Shown here piece after piece: positions 38,201 to 46,997 of a stretch of DNA of 64,000 nucleotides. Made by a program: the position numbers and the translations under genes. The stretch's first letter is position 1, and each line of letters starts with the position of its first letter. Where the stretch lies: positions 124,001 to 188,000 of IMG/VR virus record IMGVR_UViG_3300028676_000003. One strand, written 5' to 3'. A model generated the notes under the pieces. That model did not search any database and was not told the origin of the DNA. It saw nothing but the letters and a program-made list of their open reading frames with translations.

Positions 38201-40931
38201 TGAACAATACGCTAAAGCTACGTTATTTTTAAACACGCTTCCATTTAATATTGATAATGAACTTGGAAACCCATTTGGTCCAAATGAAATCAAACACTTA
38301 TTTGATAAAAAAGGTGGTTTTATACATGCACCAAGACTTTGGTGTGCTTATGTTGGAAGTATTCTTTGGAGAATAAATGATGGTGTTAACTTAACTACAT
38401 TTAAAGACCCAATTATCCAAGATGGAAAAATTGTAGGTGGTGGTAGTGGTAAATCTGACCCATTTATTTGGACCAAAGGTAAAATGGTTGAAGATGGTCA
38501 AGTAGTTCTTAGAAAATACAAGGCGGCAACCCGTACTGAGTATTTCCCAAATACTCTTGAATTAGTTGAAACTGATAGTGTTGATTATCCAATAATCTAT
38601 GCTACAGATATCATTATTAACCTACCACAACAAGTTAAAGACGCTTTTAAACAAGTTTTCTTTGATTTCGTTAATGGTACTGACGAAATGATTTCATGGG
38701 ATATGATTAGAGAGAAACTTGAGGTTTGGAAAGGAACAGGAGATGCATTCAATGCATTCTTCATAAACCTATATAATAAAACAATTCCTGAAGGAAATGG
38801 TTATAAGTTTAATGCTAATTTAATTAATAATAATACCAATATTAAAAACGTATCAAATTATCAAATAGTTACTTATGTGACTGGTCTTGATGATGCGGAT
38901 GCTCTATTCCTAGAATTGAAAGGTGATTATAGAACAAATCCAGCAGTAACGACTCTTATTAATGCTTTAAATCAAGAACTTATAATTGTTAACAATAACT
39001 ATAAGATTTGGACCAAAGATACCAATACAGTAAGAAACGTATATTCTGATATTTCAGTTAGTGCAAAAAACTTTGATTTGTATTTCAATACAATAATTGG
39101 TAAAATTAAAGAATCAGGTAGTAAGTTCTCTGATACTGCTCTTAAAAAAGAATTTGAACAAAGCTTATTCGGAACAACAAATGAAGATACAATTAAACTT
39201 CTTCTTTATAGAACTTGTAAGAATATACACGATAAATGGCTTGCTGGTGTAACTGATAACAATGATATTATGTATCAGTGTGGTGGTGCGTCAGGAAGAA
39301 GCTCTGTAGATGCAGAATTAGGTAAGCGTTACGGTAATGCTAGTCCTAAGTTCATCGATTCATTCAGATTCGTTTCAAGGTCATTCAAAGATATTGGAGA
39401 CAAGCTATATATCAATCCTATTCCAATCAATGATTATCTTATTGATGGAGTAAATTCAGGTGCTTATGATGCAATTAGTTCATTATTAGCGGCTAATGGA
39501 TTCGATTTTATTGCGTTACCTAACTTCATCAACTATCGTGACCAAGCAGAAGTTGAAGCAATCTTCAAACCATACGGAAACTATGGAGAAGCAATTGCTA
39601 ATGGTTCTTGTGGTCCAGCTTTTGTTAGCGTTTATGTTGGTGAACCATCTAAACACTTAGATTTCAAAAATTCAGAATATAATAATGATGGAATGGATTT
39701 AAGATGTGTTAATGGTGGTATTGATGCAACCAGCATCCCTGATGATTTTACTGAAAATCTAAATTCATATGAAGATGGAATCGGTGTGTTTACTGTAAAG
39801 TATTCACAACAAAATCAGAATATTTTCAAAGATATAAACCTTGACCAAAATGAATTCACTGAAACAAATGAATCACTTCAAATTCAAGATGATATATCTC
39901 AAAAGGGTTCTGAAACAAATAGAACAATTGCTGGTCAAAATATCTATAATGTTTATTCGGTTAGAAGCTACACAGCTGAGGTAGAGATGATGGGTAATGC
40001 CATGATTCAACCAATGATGTATTTCCAATTAGATAATATTCCTATGTTCCATGGGGGTTATATGATTAAGAGAGTAAGACACTCAATACAGCCAAACTCA
40101 ATGAGTACATCATTTAGTGGAACACGTATAAAGTTTAGTGAAACTCCATTGATTACAGCATTAGATTTGTATATGTCTATGGCAGACAACCTAAATACTG
40201 AATCGGCTGGAACGGGTCCTGTGAACATTGTTGACGGTGTTGTAAGCTCAGCAAATAGAAGTCCTAAGAAATCTATTGGATGTAGTGCAATCAAAAAACC
40301 AGTTGTTTCATTTGAAGATACTCTTAGAAATGTTGTATTATACTTGGAAGGAAATTACTGTTCAGGTGGTTATAACTGTGGAGATGATAAAACACGTGCT
40401 CCTAGAAGTGGTGAGACACTTTGGGGTCTTGATAGAAAAAATCACGGTGTTGGTAAAGCGATTGATAATACATTTTGGACAGCAGTTGATGCGGTTAAAA
40501 ATACTCCAAGAAAATGGGGTCAATCATATCCAAACCCAACACAGGCAGATAAATTGGATTCAACGCTATTCGCTAAGTATTCAGCTGTAATTAAGAAAGA
40601 CTTTGATACATTTATGAAATCATATTTAAAAACAGAGGCTCTTAAACAAGCGATACTAAGTGATGGTAGACTTTATTTCAATATGGTTTACGCTGTTTAT
40701 AATGGTCAAGGATTCTTTAGAGGATTTGCTAATCTTCTTGAGACAGCTTATGCCAGCGGAACAACAACAGCTGACGGATTAAACACTGTATTCGTAAACG
40801 AAAGGGTTTATGGTGGTAAAAACGCATACAAATCAGGTACTGGTAAGAACCTAGGAAATCCATCGGCAACACTTATAGCAAATACAGGTGTTGATATTGG
40901 TAAATTGACTGGTGAGTCTAAATTCTGTTAA
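35265..40931 (+). CDS. Baseplate hub (gp27/VgrG-like) fused to a C-terminal lysozyme-like domain
   Basis: Hub-type segments GITGIDIDF...FVDVRG and VEMMGNAMIQP...YMIKRVRHSI. C-terminal LEGNY...SGETLWGL resembles GH108/T4-lysozyme-like motifs. Confidence 0.6.
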   Translation: MANNITNKIGCQTSGIKIVDPNDFDGFNSSSNMSVLTEDLNISVVLRTKKKGRTVLTKTGDNSTGTRESTSNIAINFIEGSDISGKKVLTTKYTDLTTIFDKDIINNETLGITGIDIDFNSSMAPMININFVDVRGSSIFQNEENISGNNSANKYSTFFQLPYPIFELEIKGYYGKPVTYCLHMLKFSSKFNSKTGNFEIQCQFIGYTYAMLSDMLIGFLKAIPFTTIGASKFKDYKANSANPDNIITLVDLMRNISRINDGVKKLSSTSPNAVADNSIKVGIEKLGAITSIINFLGSELQYGHSTDKASNPDTYEFIVKSSTVLTQAEIDSIKLYQDNVKTAIDNFNGLSLGVTLNVADFQSITLVGSGTGFYHDITKAQLSPTSGDIAGDANLGASIGSNADLVTLKRNLLAYLEKNYSGIRDDYKLDVYDMNSLLAKLTTATETLTKSAKTVRENLALELKSTVREQLGFEPTVRNIIEIFTAAIETFMETIYEVSRRAEATTNNVRTAQLENKFKDDLVKVDSKKEYIDAKKFFAWPDYREKDEKTKTFVEKYLGSSGVLDNPKQVDEIDFIDDLLKAFLIAAEKSADVVNQMQSEATTWFPINPMDSQIFVDGEPYQRTQLSSNEDITRLMVIRGMTYLGYTNDETILTEDEIKAMAEIEAEAILRGVKNPTLKTSLTFVNLDYVKNIKGVINNISENVVVPKDDRFVYNYIYGKQPEGPNSVVIPISDTFTGNWPTKTSDLKIKADDGSTFLTNYSSDNYLVGKKVLDGGQYVKIIPKNKLNGNALISTTAKVKPESIFSLDKMKSDSVDATAGFNSFGGSMGTQEYVNMDFGGLDGLPLMYVFYKNSDNGMSMNRTNTGIEQKVPKNAPTSSVYDIKSSGFIPAILGRDKEEGYEGKNGRHIVSNLGKNRELFHGFIKNSDTSLTYPYVEQRYRDEDRDAYDENSFSLFGSQWYYNQDKARCILSDNTQYNCEQYAKATLFLNTLPFNIDNELGNPFGPNEIKHLFDKKGGFIHAPRLWCAYVGSILWRINDGVNLTTFKDPIIQDGKIVGGGSGKSDPFIWTKGKMVEDGQVVLRKYKAATRTEYFPNTLELVETDSVDYPIIYATDIIINLPQQVKDAFKQVFFDFVNGTDEMISWDMIREKLEVWKGTGDAFNAFFINLYNKTIPEGNGYKFNANLINNNTNIKNVSNYQIVTYVTGLDDADALFLELKGDYRTNPAVTTLINALNQELIIVNNNYKIWTKDTNTVRNVYSDISVSAKNFDLYFNTIIGKIKESGSKFSDTALKKEFEQSLFGTTNEDTIKLLLYRTCKNIHDKWLAGVTDNNDIMYQCGGASGRSSVDAELGKRYGNASPKFIDSFRFVSRSFKDIGDKLYINPIPINDYLIDGVNSGAYDAISSLLAANGFDFIALPNFINYRDQAEVEAIFKPYGNYGEAIANGSCGPAFVSVYVGEPSKHLDFKNSEYNNDGMDLRCVNGGIDATSIPDDFTENLNSYEDGIGVFTVKYSQQNQNIFKDINLDQNEFTETNESLQIQDDISQKGSETNRTIAGQNIYNVYSVRSYTAEVEMMGNAMIQPMMYFQLDNIPMFHGGYMIKRVRHSIQPNSMSTSFSGTRIKFSETPLITALDLYMSMADNLNTESAGTGPVNIVDGVVSSANRSPKKSIGCSAIKKPVVSFEDTLRNVVLYLEGNYCSGGYNCGDDKTRAPRSGETLWGLDRKNHGVGKAIDNTFWTAVDAVKNTPRKWGQSYPNPTQADKLDSTLFAKYSAVIKKDFDTFMKSYLKTEALKQAILSDGRLYFNMVYAVYNGQGFFRGFANLLETAYASGTTTADGLNTVFVNERVYGGKNAYKSGTGKNLGNPSATLIANTGVDIGKLTGESKFC

Positions 40932-40934
40932 TGA

Positions 40935-40966
40935 TTTGGTAGATTTAAAAAGTTTTAGTACCTTTG
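40935..40966 (+). promoter_or_regulatory. Bacteroidota-type promoter (probably leaderless)
   Basis: TTTG-N20-TACCTTTG, with ATG 4 nt downstream. Confidence 0.8.
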
Positions 40967-40970
40967 CGGT

Positions 40971-41600
40971 ATGAAGATAGCAAATATTGTTACAACGCAA
41001 AGCACAAATGTTTCAGAAGACTTTAATGTAGTGGGGTCTATGGATGAGATAATCCATGGACTTCCTACGTTGATAGTTGGTTTTGATTATGTTAACAAAC
41101 ACTATCCTGATTTCGATATTATGGAACGTGAAGTGGAGCCTAACTTATATTGGATTTTCAAGAAGACAGAAAAAAGAGATGATTTCGAAACTGGTATGTA
41201 TTGGTTCACAAAAAAAGTCTACTCTGACTTAACCCAAGAAATATCTTACATTTATGTTGACTTTATCCAATACTCACAAAAAACTCTATTTAAAATAGTA
41301 AGAAAAATTTTAAATATTGAAAATAAAATTTCTTTTATTTTTGGCGATATGGTTTACATTTATGGCGAAAACATTATCTTTGGAGTCGATTTGAAATTAT
41401 TGAAATATATGGAGTTTGATGTTGATAAGTTAAAATTGAGAATTCAGGCCAAAAGTTCAGTCTTTTTGGGACTTAGCGATATACTTATAGAAGATAAAAA
41501 CACAGTTGAAGAACTTGGAATACAAGTTAGATACATTCCTTATTTATACTCTATACGAAATGAACAAAACGATACTACTAGCAGCATTTATATTCCCTGA
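40971..41600 (+). CDS. Hypothetical protein (209 aa)
   Basis: Full ORF directly behind a consensus promoter. Confidence 0.7.
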   Translation: MKIANIVTTQSTNVSEDFNVVGSMDEIIHGLPTLIVGFDYVNKHYPDFDIMEREVEPNLYWIFKKTEKRDDFETGMYWFTKKVYSDLTQEISYIYVDFIQYSQKTLFKIVRKILNIENKISFIFGDMVYIYGENIIFGVDLKLLKYMEFDVDKLKLRIQAKSSVFLGLSDILIEDKNTVEELGIQVRYIPYLYSIRNEQNDTTSSIYIP

Positions 41601-41961
41601 AAGACTTGATTGGTTTATGAATTATTTGCAAACAAAATTCAATATAAGCGAAGATAAAATTTTCTGTTATAAGAACTTAGATGATGAGTCAAAGTTGATT
41701 ATAACATTCAAATTAACAATACAAGAGGATAAACCACTTAATCTTAAGAATTTATTCCCTAGTGCTGTTACTATACACAAAAAAGGTGGTGCTTTATACA
41801 CTATAAATGCCTTAAATAAACTGATAGAAGAGATGTACCCTGAATCAATTGGGAATATCAATAATAAATCAGTTAAGATTGATTGGAATAAATATCAAGA
41901 TAAGTTTATCTTGATAAACGGTAAAGAACTGTCTATTTTGAACATAAGTAGAGTTTTTTAA
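41560..41961 (+). CDS. Hypothetical protein (start MNKTILL)
   Basis: Start moved from 41506 to 41560 because TATTTATA (41541-48) is 11 nt upstream of it. Confidence 0.65.
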   Translation: MNKTILLAAFIFPERLDWFMNYLQTKFNISEDKIFCYKNLDDESKLIITFKLTIQEDKPLNLKNLFPSAVTIHKKGGALYTINALNKLIEEMYPESIGNINNKSVKIDWNKYQDKFILINGKELSILNISRVF

Positions 41962-42013
41962 TGATTTTATGATATTTATATATAAATAAAAATATATAAA
42001 AACAATAATAATC

Positions 42014-42214
42014 ATGGAAAATCCAAAAAATAATACAGATTCAAAAAAAGTTGATAACTTAAACAAAGCTATCGATGGTTATTTAAATAACGAAAGTCAA
42101 GACCCTAACTTAGATTGTAGTTCAGGTGTTTGTGTAATTAAAGGTGATAAAAGCCTAGTTGAAAGAATCAACAAAAAAATAATTACTGAAGACGGTAGAC
42201 AATTATTGTACTAA
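42014..42214 (+). CDS. Small hypothetical protein (66 aa, CxxGxC motif)
   Basis: DCSSGVC. Late motif upstream, coupled to the next ORF. Confidence 0.6.
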   Translation: MENPKNNTDSKKVDNLNKAIDGYLNNESQDPNLDCSSGVCVIKGDKSLVERINKKIITEDGRQLLY

Positions 42215-42221
42215 TTTACTA

Positions 42222-42998
42222 ATGAGAAAAAATAAATTTAATCCTGAATTACTAAAAGAGGAACTTAAAAGATTCAAGCTATTAGAAAACTACGATTTCT
42301 ATCATGAAGACAAATCGGCACCTGAATATGAGAAAATCATAGATGAAGACGATGAGGAAAAAGATGTTGACGTAGATATTGATGCTGATGTTGATGCGCA
42401 AGCTCCAGCACCTGATGCAACTGGTGAAGACCCTAATGCGGCTGGTGATGCGATTGCTAACGATTTAGGTGTAGGTGGTGATGCTCCAACAGGAGACATG
42501 CCTGAGCCTGAAGCTGAAGAATTACCTGTTGAGGAACCTGTAGCTCCAGCTCCACCAGCTGAAGATGAAGTAGAAATTGATGTAACAAGTCTTGTTCAAG
42601 CAAGTGATGACGCTAAAGCGGCCGCAGACAGAGCAACACAGAATTCTGAAATTCTATTACAAAAATTATCTGATTTAGAAGCTAGACTTGGAAATATGAG
42701 TGTTATCAACGATAAAATTGATAATCTTGAACACGAACTTGTTAAAAGAAATCCTACACCAGTAGAGAAGCTTGAAATGCGTTCATTCGACTCATACCCT
42801 TACAATCAAAAGTTAACTGATTATTGGGCAGATAAAGAGGGTCCTTACGATGTACTAGATACAGAAGGTAAACCAAAAAAGAAAGAATACATCTTAACAA
42901 AAGACGACATAGACCATGAATATTCAGAGCCAGCTGTTAAAAAAAGCTTTGATGTTACAAATGGTGACGCTGATTACGAAGAAGAAGACATATACTAA
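42222..42998 (+). CDS. Acidic, Pro/Ala-rich coiled-coil protein (scaffold/core-like)
   Basis: Long D/E/P/A low-complexity linker and heptad region LQKLSDLEARLGNMSVINDKIDNLEHEL. Confidence 0.5.
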   Translation: MRKNKFNPELLKEELKRFKLLENYDFYHEDKSAPEYEKIIDEDDEEKDVDVDIDADVDAQAPAPDATGEDPNAAGDAIANDLGVGGDAPTGDMPEPEAEELPVEEPVAPAPPAEDEVEIDVTSLVQASDDAKAAADRATQNSEILLQKLSDLEARLGNMSVINDKIDNLEHELVKRNPTPVEKLEMRSFDSYPYNQKLTDYWADKEGPYDVLDTEGKPKKKEYILTKDDIDHEYSEPAVKKSFDVTNGDADYEEEDIY

Positions 42999-43008
42999 AA
43001 ATATTAAG

Positions 43009-43036
43009 AAAAGGACTCCAAAAGGGTCCTTTTTTT
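43009..43036 (+). terminator. Intrinsic terminator before the SSB promoters
   Basis: AAAAGGACTC-CAAAA-GGGTCCTTTT followed by T run. Confidence 0.8.
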
Positions 43037-43064
43037 ATCGATTTAAAAGAAAAAATACTATTTT

Positions 43065-43096
43065 GTTGCATTCTCTGCGATAAAGTAGTATATTTG
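43065..43096 (+). promoter_or_regulatory. Host-type promoter 1 of the replication module
   Basis: GTTG-N20-TATATTTG. Confidence 0.7.
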
Positions 43097-43148
43097 TTTA
43101 TACGACAAAATAAAATGAATTTATTCACAATAAAGATGTCAAAATGTA

Positions 43149-43178
43149 TTGACTTTTTTTTGATATGTAGTATATTTG
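43149..43178 (+). promoter_or_regulatory. Host-type promoter 2 of the replication module
   Basis: TTG(ACT)-N19-TATATTTG. Confidence 0.7.
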
Positions 43179-43234
43179 TGTAACTTTAAATGAGAACATA
43201 AATAACATACATACAAAAAAAATTAATTAAGAAA

Positions 43235-44146
43235 ATGGAAAAAAATAACCAATTAGAAGCAATGTTAGCAGATTATGCTAAGACTTTAGTACCTAAATTT
43301 GCGCCTAAAGTTGAAGCTAATGTTTTTAACGAAAACAACTACTTTACTATCTATGATATGAAAGAAGGTGTTCAGTCAGCTGAAAAAGAAATCAGAATAC
43401 TTCCTGATGCTAACGGTGGTTCACCAATTGCTGAAGTTTGGATTCACGAAACAACAGTTGATGGTAAAAAAGCTAAATTCCCATGCTTGAAACACTTAAA
43501 AGACGAAGCTTGTCCTTTCTGTGAAGCTAGAGAAGAGTTGCTTGCAACAGGAACTGAAACTAACAAAGAGTTCGCTAAAAGATACAGAGCTAGAAAATAT
43601 CATATCGTTAAATTGATTGATAGAGCTAACCCTGACCACGGACCAAAATTTTGGAGATTCCCTGACGCTTACGATAAAAAAGGTCCTTACGACATGATTA
43701 TGGGAGTTGTTAAGGGACTTAAAAAACACCAAGCGATTATGGACCCTAACGAAGGTCGTGATTTAACTCTTATGATTGGAAGAAGCGACAGAAATGTACC
43801 AACAGTTTCATCAATCGTAGCTCAAGATTCAGACGTTTTATCAGAAGATGCTGAATTACAAGCAAAATGGTTGGCTGATGACAGAACTTGGGAAAAAGTA
43901 TTCTCAGTTAAAAATTACGATTATTTAGAAATCGTAGTTAAAGGTGGAGTTCCAGTTTGGGATAAGGAACTTAAACAATTCGTAGACAAAAACGGAGTAA
44001 AAGCAGTAGAAGCTGAATTACCTGAAGGAGAAAGCGAAATTACAATGGGTGTTGAAAACATCAAAGCTAATATATTAGCAGCGACTGAAACAACACAAGA
44101 AAACAATGTAGATGCTGGCGACGAAGTTGATGACTTGCCTTTCTAA
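43235..44146 (+). CDS. Single-stranded DNA-binding protein (T4 gp32-like)
   Basis: IRILP, CLKH...CPFCE zinc site, GPKFWRF, DPNEGRDL, acidic tail ending DEVDDLPF. Confidence 0.85.
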   Translation: MEKNNQLEAMLADYAKTLVPKFAPKVEANVFNENNYFTIYDMKEGVQSAEKEIRILPDANGGSPIAEVWIHETTVDGKKAKFPCLKHLKDEACPFCEAREELLATGTETNKEFAKRYRARKYHIVKLIDRANPDHGPKFWRFPDAYDKKGPYDMIMGVVKGLKKHQAIMDPNEGRDLTLMIGRSDRNVPTVSSIVAQDSDVLSEDAELQAKWLADDRTWEKVFSVKNYDYLEIVVKGGVPVWDKELKQFVDKNGVKAVEAELPEGESEITMGVENIKANILAATETTQENNVDAGDEVDDLPF

Positions 44147-44162
44147 TTATAAAATTGTTCAT

Positions 44163-44195
44163 AACAAAAAGGGGTATAAAAGCCTCTTTTTTGTT
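44163..44195 (+). terminator. Terminator after SSB
   Basis: AACAAAAAGGGGT-ATAAAA-GCCTCTTTTTTGTT. Confidence 0.65.
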
Positions 44196-44217
44196 CTAGT
44201 ATAACGAAAAAAGAAAA

Positions 44218-45345
44218 ATGTATGGGGAAATGGCTAAAAAGCATCCTGAAAAAAAATCTATTGACAAACCAGCGTTTGACAATAAAGCATTCAAAAAGAA
44301 CCTAGGATTAGGGGAACAAGTAATTAAAGAAAAAGAATTAACGTGGCTTCCGTTCAAAAAAGCGTTCCACGATGCCGTTGGACTCCCAGGTGTTCCACGT
44401 GGTTACACATCACAATTCAGAGGATTCTCCGATGTAGGTAAATCAACTGGTATTTATGAGTCACTTGCTGGCGCACAAAAAATTGGTGATTACTGTATCA
44501 TTATTGACACAGAGGGTTCATTCAATTGGGAACACGCAAGACTTGTAGGTTTCAATTATGAAGAAATTGTAGATGAAGAAACAGGACTTGTAATCGATTA
44601 TGATGGAGACGACTTTATGTACTTCGGTGGTAGTGATTTATTAGCAATGTATCAAAATTTTGATTACAAAGAAGCTAAGATGAAAACTACTCCACAAAGA
44701 TATATTCCAGTTGTTGAAGACGTTGCAAAATTAATCAATGATTTGTTAGACAAACAAGCTAAAGGTGAGTTTCCTCACAACCTAGTTTTCCTTTGGGATT
44801 CAATTGGTTCGATAGGATGTTACCAAGGAGCCGTTTCTAACACAAACAATAACCAATGGACCGCTGGTGCATTAAAAAGAGAGTTTGAATCTATCCTTAA
44901 CTTTAGAATTCCAGCCTCAAGACGTGAAGGTGCGCCTTACACAAATACATTTGTAGCAGTACAAAAGATTTGGCTTAGACCTAACGCAGTTGGACAACCA
45001 ACAGTTATGCATAATGGTGGTGAAGGTTTCAAATACGGTGTGAGAATGATTTTCCACATGGGTGGTATGACAACATCATCTTCTAAGAAATTAGATGCAG
45101 TAAATAGTGGTAAAAGTTTTAACTTCGGTGTTAGAACTGATATCAAGTGTGTGAAGAACCACGTAAATGGTATCGAGAAAATGGGTACTATTTGTTCAAC
45201 ACCACACGGGTTCCTAAACCCTGATGAGAAAAATGCTTATGTTAAAGAAAACAAGGATTTTATCAATATGAAATTGGGAACTAATTTTGATGATTTCAAA
45301 GTTGAAGAAGAAAGCTTCGATGATGATGCATTCGAAAAAGAGTAA
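44218..45345 (+). CDS. RecA/UvsX-like recombinase
   Basis: Walker A GFSDVGKST, IIIDTEG, Walker B FLWDSIG, HNGGEGFKY, KCVKNHVNG. Start may be 44230. Confidence 0.88.
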   Translation: MYGEMAKKHPEKKSIDKPAFDNKAFKKNLGLGEQVIKEKELTWLPFKKAFHDAVGLPGVPRGYTSQFRGFSDVGKSTGIYESLAGAQKIGDYCIIIDTEGSFNWEHARLVGFNYEEIVDEETGLVIDYDGDDFMYFGGSDLLAMYQNFDYKEAKMKTTPQRYIPVVEDVAKLINDLLDKQAKGEFPHNLVFLWDSIGSIGCYQGAVSNTNNNQWTAGALKREFESILNFRIPASRREGAPYTNTFVAVQKIWLRPNAVGQPTVMHNGGEGFKYGVRMIFHMGGMTTSSSKKLDAVNSGKSFNFGVRTDIKCVKNHVNGIEKMGTICSTPHGFLNPDEKNAYVKENKDFINMKLGTNFDDFKVEEESFDDDAFEKE

Positions 45346-45377
45346 AAAAAAGAATATTAAATTAAAAATTTGTTATT

Positions 45378-46430
45378 GTGAGCAAAAGACCTCCACGTAA
45401 CGGTGAAAAAAGAAAAAAAATACAAAATACTTTATTGGTAGACGGAAATGCCCTGTTTAAAACAGGGTTTTTCGGAGCCAAAAATAGCTTTAACCAACAC
45501 GGGCATCATATTGGTGGAATATACCAATTTATGACCACACTACGGATGCTATTAACCGAGGACCTATACCACAGAGTATATGTTTTTTGGGATGGTAATT
45601 TTAGTGGCAAGCTTAGATATGATATCTATAAGCCATATAAAAGTGATAGAGGTAAAGACTATATCAACGGTACTCAACCGATTGATGCCTCAGAATTAAA
45701 TCAACGAGAAATTGTTTGGGAATACCTGAACGAAATGTATGTAAGACAACTGAAGGACCCTATTATTGAGGGTGATGATTTCATTGCTTATTACTGTTTG
45801 ACAAAAAAAGACAACGAAAAAATTACAATATGTACGAACGATAGAGATATGGCTCAATTAGTTACGAAAGACGTTAAGATATATTTCGTAGATTTGAAGA
45901 AATATGTTGATAATACCAACTTTTCTTCGTACTTTTGCTATAATCCCGATAATGCGTGTTTAATGAAAACAATGCTTGGTGATAAATCCGATTCTATTAA
46001 AGGAATTAAAGGGTTAGGGGAAAAGACCCTTATAACTCACTTTCCTGAATTAGCAGAACGAAAGGTGCTTATAGAAGAGATTATCGAAAGTGCAGAAAGA
46101 CAGCAAATCGAACGTAAAAAACAGAAACTAAAACCCCTAAAGGTCTTAGATAACATCATCAACAAAGTAACTGAAGGAGTACAAGGTGAAAAGATTTATG
46201 AGATAAATGAAAGACTTGTAAATCTTCAAAAGCCAATGATGACCATTGATGGTATTGAAGCTTTGGAGCAATTGATGGATGGAACACTAGATGGTAGTGG
46301 TCGTGAACTAAAAAATGTCATGGACATGATGAAACGTGACGGACTAGACAGAGCCATTGGTGAACACAGATATCCTGATTATTTGATTCCTTTTAAGGAA
46401 TTGATAGGGAGAGAAAAATTGAATTTTTAA
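45378..46430 (+). CDS. 5'-3' exonuclease / flap endonuclease (T4 RNase H / PolI N-terminal family)
   Basis: LLVDGNALF, VFWDG, IEGDDFIA, TNDRDMAQL, GDKSDSIKGIKGLGEKT helix-hairpin-helix. Confidence 0.92.
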   Translation: MSKRPPRNGEKRKKIQNTLLVDGNALFKTGFFGAKNSFNQHGHHIGGIYQFMTTLRMLLTEDLYHRVYVFWDGNFSGKLRYDIYKPYKSDRGKDYINGTQPIDASELNQREIVWEYLNEMYVRQLKDPIIEGDDFIAYYCLTKKDNEKITICTNDRDMAQLVTKDVKIYFVDLKKYVDNTNFSSYFCYNPDNACLMKTMLGDKSDSIKGIKGLGEKTLITHFPELAERKVLIEEIIESAERQQIERKKQKLKPLKVLDNIINKVTEGVQGEKIYEINERLVNLQKPMMTIDGIEALEQLMDGTLDGSGRELKNVMDMMKRDGLDRAIGEHRYPDYLIPFKELIGREKLNF

Positions 46431-46450
46431 TTAAACAGAATATAACAAAA

Positions 46451-46942
46451 ATGAACACAGAAAAAAACACACAGTCAGGTAAAAAAATTGAAGAACAACG
46501 ATTTGAATTCGTATTCTATGTAAACAACAACATCATTTGTCAAAGATATTTTCATATCTACGACTTCAATGAAGATGCTCTTAAATCTTTAGAACTAAAA
46601 GATATGATGGACAACATCGGTGGTATGAACAACGGACAATTCGGAGAATTGGGAATAATCCCTAATTACTTAAAAACGAAATCGTTAAACTACCTTTGGG
46701 AAAATTATAACCCATATTCAGTTCAAAATGATGACAGTTACAAGGCACCCGCTAAAAAAGGAGATGTCTTTAAATTTGAATTTAAAGTTGACAAAAGGTC
46801 AGTTTCAGAGATTCAATTTAGTAACGAATTCTTTACTTTAAACCCAAAGATTAACGTTGATATTAGAGAAATCATCCCAGCAGTAATGTCTGAGATTAGA
46901 CAATCAACTAGTCAAAAAAATTATACAATAATTAAGCGTTAA
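46451..46942 (+). CDS. Hypothetical protein (163 aa)
   Basis: Full ORF in the replication operon. Confidence 0.7.
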   Translation: MNTEKNTQSGKKIEEQRFEFVFYVNNNIICQRYFHIYDFNEDALKSLELKDMMDNIGGMNNGQFGELGIIPNYLKTKSLNYLWENYNPYSVQNDDSYKAPAKKGDVFKFEFKVDKRSVSEIQFSNEFFTLNPKINVDIREIIPAVMSEIRQSTSQKNYTIIKR

Positions 46943-46997
46943 TAGAAATTAGTCTATATTTATATTAACAAAAAGGTTTTAAAAGAAAGTAAAAAGC

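Noticed and set aside
43115-43183. 22-aa ORF MNLFTIKMSKCIDFFLICSIFV between the two SSB promoters
   Set aside because: It is spelled largely by the second promoter sequence itself, with no independent support.
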